Source: a virus (taxonomy: Duplodnaviria; Caudoviricetes). Taken from it: a stretch of 64,000 nt of DNA. A program made the translations under genes and the position numbers. Below the pieces are notes generated by a model. The model saw only the letters and a list, made by a program, of their open reading frames with translations. It had not been told where the DNA came from and ran no database searches. Below are positions 1 to 8,859 of this stretch, piece by piece (positions within the stretch are counted from its first letter, which is position 1; each line of letters begins with the position of its first letter). The stretch covers positions 708 to 64,707 of the IMG/VR virus record IMGVR_UViG_3300037483_000648, one strand, 5' to 3'.

Positions 1-1
1 C

Positions 2-112
2 CGCATGGATCCTCTTAACTCTGATCGAGTGGAAATTGATTGTGCATTTGACCAAAAGCTTGTTGCTGCTGACCTTGGTTACTTCTTCAATACCTGTGTT
101 GTGGCCGACTAA
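2..112 (+). CDS. Major capsid protein, C-terminal fragment (5' partial)
   Basis: Frame 2 reads RMDPLNSDRVEIDCAFDQKLVAADLGYFFNTCVVAD*, a capsid-type C-terminus matching the N-terminus that starts at 63691. Confidence 0.8.
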   Translation, partial: RMDPLNSDRVEIDCAFDQKLVAADLGYFFNTCVVAD

Positions 113-199
113 TCTGACAAACAGGAATAGTAGTGAAAATACAATAGTCCAGGGGTAATGCAACTTACCCCTGGCTGAAATTATAAAGAGGATAAAACA

Positions 200-619
200 A
201 TGGCAGGATTTGAATTTGGAGAAGAGTTGGTTGTACTGAAGAAACTTGATGTAGGATCAACTCGATATAAACCTGGCGATGACTTTGAATATGAAGGACT
301 GGATTTGGATTTTGTCGAAAAACTTTTATCTCAAAGGATACTGATTCGAAAGGCTTTAGTTTCTCAGAGGCTGATGAGCCAATTGAAGTCATCAAAAGTG
401 GCCAAAATAATCAAAAACGTCAAGGGAGTCAGAATGGCTATTTCCTGGCCCTCTGATGAAGATTTGCCTGAAGGAGTGCTAGACTATAGGTTTTCTAAAA
501 ACGACGCACTACAGGCTGATTTAAAAGAAGGAATCGAAGAACAAGAACCACCCGCCAAGAAAAAAGTTAAAACACCTCGTCGGCGGGCTAAAACTACACT
601 CAAAAAGGACTTTGAATAA
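200..619 (+). CDS. Hypothetical protein directly after capsid gene
   Basis: 139-aa ORF, AGAGGA RBS, TAATG coupling to next gene, basic C-terminus. Confidence 0.6.
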   Translation: MAGFEFGEELVVLKKLDVGSTRYKPGDDFEYEGLDLDFVEKLLSQRILIRKALVSQRLMSQLKSSKVAKIIKNVKGVRMAISWPSDEDLPEGVLDYRFSKNDALQADLKEGIEEQEPPAKKKVKTPRRRAKTTLKKDFE

Positions 620-1191
620 TGACACGAAAAGCAATTGAAACAGGTTCTCCGTGGAATGAGGCTAATATAGAAGCCAACTTCACAGAGATATATGCGGAAG
701 CTGTCCCTGTATCATCTATGGCCCCTGCTGCTGGATTTCTCGGTACTGGTACTGTATATAAAAACTCTGTTAAGCAAGATGGGGATTTTATTAAGACCCA
801 AATTTATATTGATCTGACAGGCGCTAAATCATCTACTACTGATCTGGATATTATCGGAAATACCGGCGCGGCCCATATAGGTCAAATTACCGCAGCAGTT
901 AATGGAGCTATTATCGGCGGCACAATGACTTGTCTTGAAGTTCCCGCCACAGGGGCTGATGATATTGATTTGTATTCGGCTACAGTAGGAACAGGTGCTT
1001 TTGATGCCGGTATAGAGGCATTGGTAGAAACCGCACTTGTTACTGCCGGAGAAGCATGGGCGCTTGGAGTAACTAAAGCACTTTCTGGCCTACCTGCTGC
1101 AAATAGTTATCTGTATCTTGTTGGTGGTGAAGGTGGGACAGCAGGAACTTATACAGCCGGTAAGTTTATGGTCGAGTTGATCGGCGTATAA
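619..1191 (+). CDS. Putative virion (head-associated) structural protein
   Basis: 190 aa, Gly/Ala/Thr-rich beta-type sequence (IKTQIYIDLTG...DIDLYSA...YLYL...YTAGKF), position after capsid gene. Confidence 0.55.
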   Translation: MTRKAIETGSPWNEANIEANFTEIYAEAVPVSSMAPAAGFLGTGTVYKNSVKQDGDFIKTQIYIDLTGAKSSTTDLDIIGNTGAAHIGQITAAVNGAIIGGTMTCLEVPATGADDIDLYSATVGTGAFDAGIEALVETALVTAGEAWALGVTKALSGLPAANSYLYLVGGEGGTAGTYTAGKFMVELIGV

Positions 1192-1227
1192 GTATCATTA
1201 TAAATAACTAAATAAAAGGAGTTTATA

Positions 1228-1482
1228 ATGATAGGAAATTACGCTGGAATGATTATGCCTGGGTTCGGATCAACAAAGGTTACTCCGAATGATAATATAG
1301 TTTTTGATCCACCGTCAAGGGGGTTGTGGATAGGAACTGCTGGAAATATCTCCGTGACTTTCCCTGATGGGACTGCTGCAGTTGATATGCCTGCACAGGC
1401 AGGATTTTTCCCTTACTTTGTAATCCAGGTCAATGAAGGATCAACTCCAACAGCAGCAGATAACATTTGGACAATCGTATGA
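1228..1482 (+). CDS. Head spike base protein (RcGTA Rcc01079-like)
   Basis: 84 aa; VTPND...RGLWIGTAGNISVTF...AG.FP..V..V pattern typical of this family; AAGGAG RBS. Confidence 0.7.
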   Translation: MIGNYAGMIMPGFGSTKVTPNDNIVFDPPSRGLWIGTAGNISVTFPDGTAAVDMPAQAGFFPYFVIQVNEGSTPTAADNIWTIV

Positions 1483-1627
1483 TGATTTCTTTGTCTATCA
1501 GCCAATGAGTGTTCTTGTTTCTGAAAACAGCGGGGAAAATATTGCAGCGGTGCCTAATCTCGACGACTTATTAATTTCTGAGGTCGACGAAATGACTATT
1601 GATGAAATTGATACAACTTTAATATGA
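1479..1627 (+). pseudogene. Short acidic ORF, apparently frameshifted (MMISLSIS / PMSVL...LDDLLISEVDEMTIDEIDTTLI)
   Basis: ATGA overlap at 1479 opens MMISLSISQ*; adding one C at AGCCA (1500-1504) joins it to the frame ending at 1627. Confidence 0.4.
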
Positions 1628-1634
1628 GGATGCT

Positions 1635-3470
1635 ATGAGACGCATTTGGTATGTATTTATTATCCTGTTATGTTCGCTGAATGCCTCATGGTCTTTGGCT
1701 GCTCAGGAAACACTTTTTGAATCTGTACAAGAGTTAGATGGGCAACCAGGAACATCTAAGGGAGCAGATTGGCGGCTTACTGATTTTGCCAACTTTGCCT
1801 TGCAGAATGATAATAATGATGAGTTATACGGCCATAAAGTAGTTTCCGGCTCGGTAACTGGGGATACTTTAACCCTTGTTTTGGCAGATGCCTCAACGAT
1901 TCTAGTGGATGTTGCTACTTTGCTCGATAACACAGATGCTCAAACCGTCACTGCATTTAATTTAAATTCTTCGACTAATATCCTCACATTAACATTATCT
2001 GGCGGGAATACATCGACCGTTGATTTGTCTGGCTTGGTCGGCACTGATGGCCTTATTGATGCTCCAAGTGATGGGGCTGTATATGGTAGGAAAGACGGCG
2101 CCTGGGTTGCTGTTGAGCCACTTAAAGGCGCGGATGATAATTATGTAACTGATGCCGAAAAAACTGTTCTGGGAAATACTTCTGGAACTAATACAGGAGA
2201 TCAGGATTTAAGCGGTAAGCAAGACACTTTGGTTAGTGGCACAAATATCAAGACAGTCAACAGCACCTCTATTCTTGGACCTGGTGACATTGCTGTAACA
2301 GGCAGTGGCATTACAGATGGTAACGCAGCAGGCGATTTAATAGAGTGGGACGGTGATTCCTGGGAGCCTGTTACCCCTGACGAAGTATCATTCGTAGAAC
2401 CATTATCTTACGATGACACGCTGAAAGAGGTGTCAATTGATACTACTGGATTGGGCGGAATCTCTCACGTTGCAAGCGGCAATCCTGATGATGGAGCTTG
2501 TAACTGGAACACTGCTGATTTTATATTAAGATGCCGAACAGGAGCTACGGTTTACGCCAGTGCTGCAATGACTCTTGAAGCTACGCTTGACATAACTGCT
2601 CCAACAGCAAGCTCATTCGCAACCGACTCAACTGGATTACAATACAGTTTCACCGCTTCTGAAACATCAACGGTCGATTGCACTAAACTCACAGCAACAT
2701 GGGCGAATGCCGGAACTGTCACCGATTTTACTGGTACAGATTCCCCCTGTATTAGTTCAACTCCTGTTTATTCTGACGACACTGGAACTATGGCAGGGGC
2801 ACAGGGTTTTCTTATTGACACTGCAACTAATGAGAGTATTGCGTTTAGTGGGTTGAGTATTGACAATAGCTTGAATGAGACTGTTGCCTCAACGATAGGG
2901 AGTATCGTTCCAGATTTTAGTTATGATTTTGAAGATGGTACTACAGGGGATTTGACTCTTAACACACCTACTGGTTCTACTATTACGGTTTCAGATGTTG
3001 AGCCTCTTTCGGGTGTCTACAGCGCTCAGATAGATATTAATGAGGCGGTAACGATTGTGCCATATATGAGTAAATCTTTTACAGGTACTACGGACTATGC
3101 AACTAATTTTAAATTTGCACTAAGCAGTAATTTTAGATCAGTCAATACAGGAGGTGTTGTTACACTGTCACGATTCTACAATGGCGCAGCAACTGTTAGC
3201 GGTTTGCAGCTTAAGTGGAACGGTGCCGACATGGTATTGGTCCTGGATGAATCTATTGTAATAACCCGTGGAGTTGAACATATGATCACACACAGGATAA
3301 CATCAACCAATATGTATGTATATCTAGACGGTGAGTTGGTTTATACATCCCCGGATACTACCCATAGTATTCCCAATAGTATACGAGTTGGGTTAGTATT
3401 GGGTCACAGCTTTAATACGGGTATTTCAGCTAAATTTGACGACTGGGGGATGGGATCATATGTTGAATAA
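1635..3470 (+). CDS. Signal-peptide-bearing fibre-like protein with C-terminal lectin/LamG-like domain
   Basis: MRRIWYVFIILLCSLNASWSLA signal peptide; fibre motifs DAPSDGAVYGRKDGAWV and KQDTLVSGTNIKTVN; beta-sandwich-like C-terminus. Confidence 0.65.
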   Translation: MRRIWYVFIILLCSLNASWSLAAQETLFESVQELDGQPGTSKGADWRLTDFANFALQNDNNDELYGHKVVSGSVTGDTLTLVLADASTILVDVATLLDNTDAQTVTAFNLNSSTNILTLTLSGGNTSTVDLSGLVGTDGLIDAPSDGAVYGRKDGAWVAVEPLKGADDNYVTDAEKTVLGNTSGTNTGDQDLSGKQDTLVSGTNIKTVNSTSILGPGDIAVTGSGITDGNAAGDLIEWDGDSWEPVTPDEVSFVEPLSYDDTLKEVSIDTTGLGGISHVASGNPDDGACNWNTADFILRCRTGATVYASAAMTLEATLDITAPTASSFATDSTGLQYSFTASETSTVDCTKLTATWANAGTVTDFTGTDSPCISSTPVYSDDTGTMAGAQGFLIDTATNESIAFSGLSIDNSLNETVASTIGSIVPDFSYDFEDGTTGDLTLNTPTGSTITVSDVEPLSGVYSAQIDINEAVTIVPYMSKSFTGTTDYATNFKFALSSNFRSVNTGGVVTLSRFYNGAATVSGLQLKWNGADMVLVLDESIVITRGVEHMITHRITSTNMYVYLDGELVYTSPDTTHSIPNSIRVGLVLGHSFNTGISAKFDDWGMGSYVE

Positions 3471-5094
3471 ATTACTTATTCTGCTGGCCCTTTTTACTGT
3501 CCCAAATATAACGTGGGGGGCAGCTTGCTCTACAATAATAAATCAAGGGTCTACTGAATCGTGCGACAGTATAACGCAGTACGGTATAACGTGGAGCCTT
3601 TCTCAAAACCATACTGTTGGACAATTTATCAACGGGGATTACTGGGCGGTTGACCCTGGAACTGGAGTTAATATTATAAATATAACGCCTGGATACCAGT
3701 ATACAACCGATCCATCGTACAATGCACAACCCCGTCATATAAATGGGTCGATGTTGAATACGAGCAGTAAACCTCAAGGATTTGATGGTCAGAGAAACTA
3801 CGATGGAACCAAAAACGTAGGGATCGGGATAAGCTCAGAGACACCTCTTGTATTGGCCAGTGGTGATTCTCTGTTGTCTTCTATCAGTAATCCGGATGCC
3901 GGATTATCAGTATATGAGAGTTATGTTGAAGTAGTGGCGATACTAACGGTTGTTGCCTCCCCTCCACCAGAGGGGACTTTTCGACCATCTTGGTATGGAG
4001 AAAAAGTTTTTTATAATTGGTCAACTGTTGATTTAAGTGGGCTTAAAAATATTGAGTACGCAGGTAAGCCTAATTCTACCAATTATATAGACAGGACCAC
4101 AGGGCCAATCACTTTTTTTGGTGGGTGGGAAACCAGGTTTATCACTCCCATGACGATAGAGGATAATTATTATTGGTCAAACTACACTGCTGTGCCAATG
4201 GCGTTAATGATGAATTTAAACTATCCACAAGCTGAGAAAGAACAGATGGCTGTTAATATAATCCAGATGGGTATAGACTTTTTTGGATTTATAAGGGCCG
4301 GGGGTGGGTTTGCTCCTGATGCGGGTGTAAACTTAGGTTACAAATTGCCTGTTGTTTATGCTGCCGTATTGCTTAATGCCACGGATATGCTAGACGCTTT
4401 AGCTAAAAGCGGTAAGCGCAGATTCGAGGATGGATACACAACTGGGACAAGCGCACCAAGCGATATGGTGTTTTTTTCCGAGGACTCTACTTTTTACGTA
4501 GACCAAGCTTTAGTTGACATGACTAATAACCCTACGTGGATAGGTTATTGCGAAAGAGCTAATAAATCTTGTACTGATCTACCTTATTCCCAAGACATGC
4601 TAGATATGCCAGAGTGGGCCAGTCAGGGTTTTTACGGATTTAGTTCTTCAACTTCTTCATGGACCGCTGCATATAGAACTATAAGTAACGGTGGAGGGGT
4701 CTTCCCTGGAATATCGATAGCTGTAAGGCTGTTAGAAGGGGGTGTGGCTGCTTGGAACAACCCATCGCTTCTTGACTATGCTGATCGGTATATGGCTATA
4801 ACCAATGGTGATCCCGATCCTTTTGGGTATGCAGTGCATGGTGAAGTGTCGGGATCACGTCCAGGAGGTTTGATAGGCTACATGTACGACACCTACCGCA
4901 TGGACTATCCATATCCGCCGTACGAAATCGCTGAGCCAACCTGCTCAGACCTCACCCAAAACGGCGATGAAACAGGAATAGACTGCGGGGGAAGTTGCCC
5001 TCCATGTGAAACACCCGTGCAAGGACTTCGTAAAGGAGCGTTCCGAGTGCCAGGGGCATCGAACCCAGTGAATTTCGTAGAAACAGTAGAGTGA
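3460..5094 (+). CDS. Secreted protein with Cys-rich C-terminal repeat
   Basis: Likely start MLNKLLILLALFTVPNITWG (signal peptide); SITQYGITW...GQFINGDYW domain; CSDLTQNGDETGIDCGGSCPPC at 4942-5007. Confidence 0.65.
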   Translation: MLNKLLILLALFTVPNITWGAACSTIINQGSTESCDSITQYGITWSLSQNHTVGQFINGDYWAVDPGTGVNIINITPGYQYTTDPSYNAQPRHINGSMLNTSSKPQGFDGQRNYDGTKNVGIGISSETPLVLASGDSLLSSISNPDAGLSVYESYVEVVAILTVVASPPPEGTFRPSWYGEKVFYNWSTVDLSGLKNIEYAGKPNSTNYIDRTTGPITFFGGWETRFITPMTIEDNYYWSNYTAVPMALMMNLNYPQAEKEQMAVNIIQMGIDFFGFIRAGGGFAPDAGVNLGYKLPVVYAAVLLNATDMLDALAKSGKRRFEDGYTTGTSAPSDMVFFSEDSTFYVDQALVDMTNNPTWIGYCERANKSCTDLPYSQDMLDMPEWASQGFYGFSSSTSSWTAAYRTISNGGGVFPGISIAVRLLEGGVAAWNNPSLLDYADRYMAITNGDPDPFGYAVHGEVSGSRPGGLIGYMYDTYRMDYPYPPYEIAEPTCSDLTQNGDETGIDCGGSCPPCETPVQGLRKGAFRVPGASNPVNFVETVE

Positions 5095-5246
5095 TGGATT
5101 AGAAAATACTATCTGTCATTTTATGTTAACTCAGATATTTTAGACTTCTCGGCATTACTTGATTTCAGTGGCTGGAGAATAAGGGCTTGAACCTTGATAA
5201 GCGGAGTCAGATAAAAAAAAGAAATGAATTTTAATAGAGAGAAGAA

Positions 5247-6626
5247 ATGAAGAAACCTTTAATAATTACCAGTCTAATCCTACTGACATCGCCTTACTCC
5301 TTTGCTGCGCCAGGACAAGGATTAACATCGTGGGATGCCCAAATAGAACCTGTAGCAAGTTCTGATTTAGTTGGTATTACGGATACATCTGATACCACTC
5401 AATCAGATAGTGGCTCATCAAAGAAAGCTACTATGACTCAGCTCGGGGCTTTTATGGCAACACTGTTTACTTCGAAAACGGGCAGCGAAACAATTGCAGG
5501 GGTTAAGACATTCTCTTCTTCCCCAATAGTGCCTACCCCTACAACAGATATGCAGGCGACTAACAGAAAATTTGTTCTCGATAATGTTGGAACTGGGACG
5601 GTAAATGTTGTCCAGACAGTTGAACCGACAGGATCAACCTCTTCTGCACCGTCTGAAGCCGCCGTTGGTGTTGGCTTGGCGAGTAAGCAGAATACTGCGG
5701 ATGTGCAGGACGTTTCTGTTGATGTTGAAGAATTACTTGGAGCTACGGATAAAACGGATATTCGAGATATTATACAAGTTCCACATTCCTCTGAAATAGC
5801 TGATTTACAAACTCAGATTAATACAATCGAGATAGGTACATCCGTAGTTAGTGTGCCTATCAACTCCAACTCCCCATGCACAACAGGGACAATAGCCTAC
5901 AGTTTAGTCCCATTGAGAAAATATGAGTGTTTTGCCAATGCCAACTGGAAGTACTTTGACTCTACTGGTTTAGTCGATTGGGATGACGAAACTGTAGAGC
6001 AAGGGCAATTATTTTATCTCGATTTTAACTTAACACAAGTTGAAGATTTGGCTGGTGGTTGGACAATCATTGCACCAACAGGTACAGTTACAACCGATAG
6101 TACCGTCTATGGAGTTCTTGAGGGCACTGAGTCGGCAAGGGTACATAATAATGCTGCGGAGATGAACGCTTTAGTCTCACCAGACTTTGCTGATGCCAGC
6201 GTGATCTACTACCGAGCTTTAATACAAGCATCTGCAACTAATACATCAGGCCCCTTCGGATTTAGGTTCTATAACGACACCGAGGGGACTTTGGAAAGCC
6301 AGGGATATACTCATATATCATCAGGCTTTAGGGCTACACATGGGTCAGCACCGACCTCCGACCCAACCCCATTTGCCGCAGGGGTACCGCATTATGTATG
6401 TGGGAAGTTTCAGATAGCATCAGGTGTAGGAGCTAATGACGGACAACATATTGTAAGTGTCAGCGATACATCCAATCCAGCTAATGGCAGTACTATCTCA
6501 GTAACTAATGGGACGGGCTATCTACCAGTAAATCGCATCTATCTTGCACAATACAGTAGCAACGCCATGTTAATAGACATAGCTGAAGCCTCAACAGAGG
6601 TAATACCAGAATGTGGAAACATGTAG
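5247..6626 (+). CDS. Signal-peptide-bearing fibre-like protein
   Basis: MKKPLIITSLILLTSPYSFA signal peptide; fibre motif TIAGVKTFSSSPIVPTPTTDMQAT; beta-rich C-terminal domain. Confidence 0.65.
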   Translation: MKKPLIITSLILLTSPYSFAAPGQGLTSWDAQIEPVASSDLVGITDTSDTTQSDSGSSKKATMTQLGAFMATLFTSKTGSETIAGVKTFSSSPIVPTPTTDMQATNRKFVLDNVGTGTVNVVQTVEPTGSTSSAPSEAAVGVGLASKQNTADVQDVSVDVEELLGATDKTDIRDIIQVPHSSEIADLQTQINTIEIGTSVVSVPINSNSPCTTGTIAYSLVPLRKYECFANANWKYFDSTGLVDWDDETVEQGQLFYLDFNLTQVEDLAGGWTIIAPTGTVTTDSTVYGVLEGTESARVHNNAAEMNALVSPDFADASVIYYRALIQASATNTSGPFGFRFYNDTEGTLESQGYTHISSGFRATHGSAPTSDPTPFAAGVPHYVCGKFQIASGVGANDGQHIVSVSDTSNPANGSTISVTNGTGYLPVNRIYLAQYSSNAMLIDIAEASTEVIPECGNM

Positions 6627-7678
6627 TAGCACTAATTTTACTACCTATAGCTGCTCAGGCGCAAACTGTTGTAAATCATGACTTCAATAATAGCAGCTTT
6701 GGCCCTCTTGGAGCACAAAGTTTCTGGTCAATTCAGACCACGGGAGGCATGAGCAATTCCCCGGCTGCAAGACTAACTGTTAGCGAGTCGGGAACCGCCG
6801 GAAAGGCCCTGACACTTAATGTCAGCTCATACGCCTCTAGTGTTTGGTGGGTTGAGTTTGATGTTAGAATACAAAATGAGCCAATAGGTGGTAGTAAGTT
6901 TATTAAGCTTTTCGCGGATACCATTCCTACGTCAAATAATATGACTGTTGGAATAAATCCTGACGCTAGTCCACAAACCAATGTTGGAGTCAGTTACTAT
7001 GGAGATACAAACTGTTCTGATCCATGGTCCGGCCCTAAGACATATAACGATTGTGGCTCGATATGGGAGAGAACAGGTGGGGTGATCGACCTGAGGGGCG
7101 ATGTATGGCGTCATTATGAGGTAATGGTGAAACGGGCCGACCCTGGTACGAGAAATGGGGAAACCAAGGTCTGGTTTGATGGAACTCTTCACTCCCATAT
7201 AACTAACCAAGATAGTAACCCCTCACCTATAGATCCCTCACCTGGCTTCCATAGCATAGAGCTTGGTGGATACGTCCGTGAATACCGACCTGACACAGGA
7301 GTTGGGTTTTTAACTGGTACTACTCCAACTTGGTATATGTGGCTTGATAATGTTTACATAGGAACAACAGAGAAGGGCACTCCAGAAGTCCTAACCTGCC
7401 ACCCCGATCTAGATAATGATCTCTATCCAGGGTCAGGGAGTCAATCCGTTGAAACCTGCCCAACAAATTATTATACCTACGATCATTTTGCTTCGATGAT
7501 TGCTGACTGCAACGACAATAATGTCTCTATCAATCCTGGAGTAACTGAAGTATGTGGTAATGGGATAGATGAAGACTGTTCCGGATCAGATACGGTGTGC
7601 GGTGCTGCTGCTGAAGTTGGTTCTTTTTGGCTCTATAAAAATTCTGAAGGTAAGGCATATGTTCCTGCTGCAAACTAA
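6611..7678 (+). CDS. Secreted lectin/polysaccharide-lyase-like protein with MopE-type putative metal-binding repeat
   Basis: MWKHVVALILLPIAAQA signal peptide; WRHYEV...GETKVWFDG jelly-roll pattern; DLDNDLY...DCNDNNVSINPGVTEVCGNGIDEDC repeat. Confidence 0.65.
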   Translation: MWKHVVALILLPIAAQAQTVVNHDFNNSSFGPLGAQSFWSIQTTGGMSNSPAARLTVSESGTAGKALTLNVSSYASSVWWVEFDVRIQNEPIGGSKFIKLFADTIPTSNNMTVGINPDASPQTNVGVSYYGDTNCSDPWSGPKTYNDCGSIWERTGGVIDLRGDVWRHYEVMVKRADPGTRNGETKVWFDGTLHSHITNQDSNPSPIDPSPGFHSIELGGYVREYRPDTGVGFLTGTTPTWYMWLDNVYIGTTEKGTPEVLTCHPDLDNDLYPGSGSQSVETCPTNYYTYDHFASMIADCNDNNVSINPGVTEVCGNGIDEDCSGSDTVCGAAAEVGSFWLYKNSEGKAYVPAAN

Positions 7679-7688
7679 GGGGTCAATC

Positions 7689-8078
7689 ATGATAAAAAAA
7701 ATAATATCGATACTTGTAATTACCTTTTTATTTGGCTGTTCTCCACAAAAACAATATATCTTGACCGAACAGCAAATTGACAGCCTGAACGGAAGTACAG
7801 CTATAGCCCTATGGAAAGCAAGTAAAGCTAAAACAGATGAGTGTTCAAGCCCAGCAGTTGTTAAAGCTATTGCCGGAATGTTTTTTGTCAGAAATTATTC
7901 TGATTGCTGCTGGCAACATGATTTCGATTATCACTATGGGTATATTTATGGAATAAGCAAAGAGCAAGCCGATTATAGTTTACATGAGTGTGTAGATGCA
8001 AGTAATAATCCAATTGTGGCAGATGTAATTTACAGTTTTGTTAAAGTTTTTGGTGATGAATTTTATAAAGGAGATTAA
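7689..8078 (+). CDS. Lipoprotein with prokaryotic phospholipase A2-like domain
   Basis: Lipobox LFG-C after hydrophobic stretch; TDECSSP and CCWQHDFDY (His-Asp) motifs, ADxxL, YSFVKVFG. Confidence 0.7.
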   Translation: MIKKIISILVITFLFGCSPQKQYILTEQQIDSLNGSTAIALWKASKAKTDECSSPAVVKAIAGMFFVRNYSDCCWQHDFDYHYGYIYGISKEQADYSLHECVDASNNPIVADVIYSFVKVFGDEFYKGD

Positions 8079-8080
8079 AA

Positions 8081-8263
8081 ATGCCAACAGTAAAACAACA
8101 AGTATCGTCGAAAACAAATCAGGTTATGGTTGTATGTGGTGCTGTTCTTTCTATCTTGCCGACTTTTGGCATTGAGATTGGAGCGGAGGCAGCTGCAGGA
8201 ATAATGGCACTTGTTGGCATTATTATGAGACAGGTCACTAAAGAACCTTTATCGGATAAATAA
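8081..8263 (+). CDS. Putative holin
   Basis: 60 aa, two hydrophobic segments, SKT...IIMRQVTKEPL pattern, lysis-module position. Confidence 0.6.
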   Translation: MPTVKQQVSSKTNQVMVVCGAVLSILPTFGIEIGAEAAAGIMALVGIIMRQVTKEPLSDK

Positions 8264-8640
8264 TGGAAAGTAAAATAATCTCTATTGTCGGAATGGTTGC
8301 AGGTTGGGTTTTGTCGGCAATAGCTCTTGCAGCATGGATTGGAAAACTAGGGAACAGAGTGGACAAGTGCGAAGAAGATATAAAAGGTCTTTCTAGTGCT
8401 GTCACACTCCCGCAATGCATAGAAAGAATGGATTCGATAAAATCAAACTCTAATTTGCAATTTAACCATGCTGCTGAACGACAAATAGAGATTAAAAAAC
8501 TAATCCAAGAACAAAATGAAGCAGTTTTGTTGCTTAATGAACAGAATGAAAGGAGATTGGCAAAAGTTCAGGAATTAGCTGAGGAGCGTTTTGATAGATT
8601 GGTTGGATTGTTGGTCAAGAACATAGAGAATAATAAATAA
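8263..8640 (+). CDS. Membrane-anchored coiled-coil protein (holin/antiholin-like)
   Basis: N-terminal TM helix followed by heptad-rich region; TAATG coupled to the holin-like gene. Confidence 0.5.
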   Translation: MESKIISIVGMVAGWVLSAIALAAWIGKLGNRVDKCEEDIKGLSSAVTLPQCIERMDSIKSNSNLQFNHAAERQIEIKKLIQEQNEAVLLLNEQNERRLAKVQELAEERFDRLVGLLVKNIENNK

Positions 8641-8658
8641 TTTAAATCGGGAGTAAGC

Positions 8659-8859
8659 ATGTACAAATTATCTGTAGATTTTAAAAAATGTAAAGATTGC
8701 TGGACATGTGAATCTCTCCTTCCTCGATTTCGTTCTGTATATGGTGGGTCGTTGTTAATTAGTGAAATAAGAATTGATGATGAGGAAATCAGGGCGGCAG
8801 CAAGAAGGGTACAAGATGGCTGCCCTAATGGCGCGATAAAACTTCAGAGGGTTGAATAA
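8659..8859 (+). CDS. Single-cluster Fe-S ferredoxin
   Basis: 66 aa, CKDCWTC (CxxCxxC) plus distal GCPNGAI; only four Cys; GGGAG RBS. Confidence 0.75.
   Translation: MYKLSVDFKKCKDCWTCESLLPRFRSVYGGSLLISEIRIDDEEIRAAARRVQDGCPNGAIKLQRVE

Noticed and set aside
1433-1504. ORF-track start at 1433 (MKDQLQQQQ)
   Set aside because: Overlaps the spike-base gene with no RBS; likely an artefact of the frameshifted small gene.
5092-5190. TGA read-through extending the 3460-5094 protein by about 31 aa
   Set aside because: An open stretch of this length can occur by chance; no SECIS-like element or domain logic supports it.
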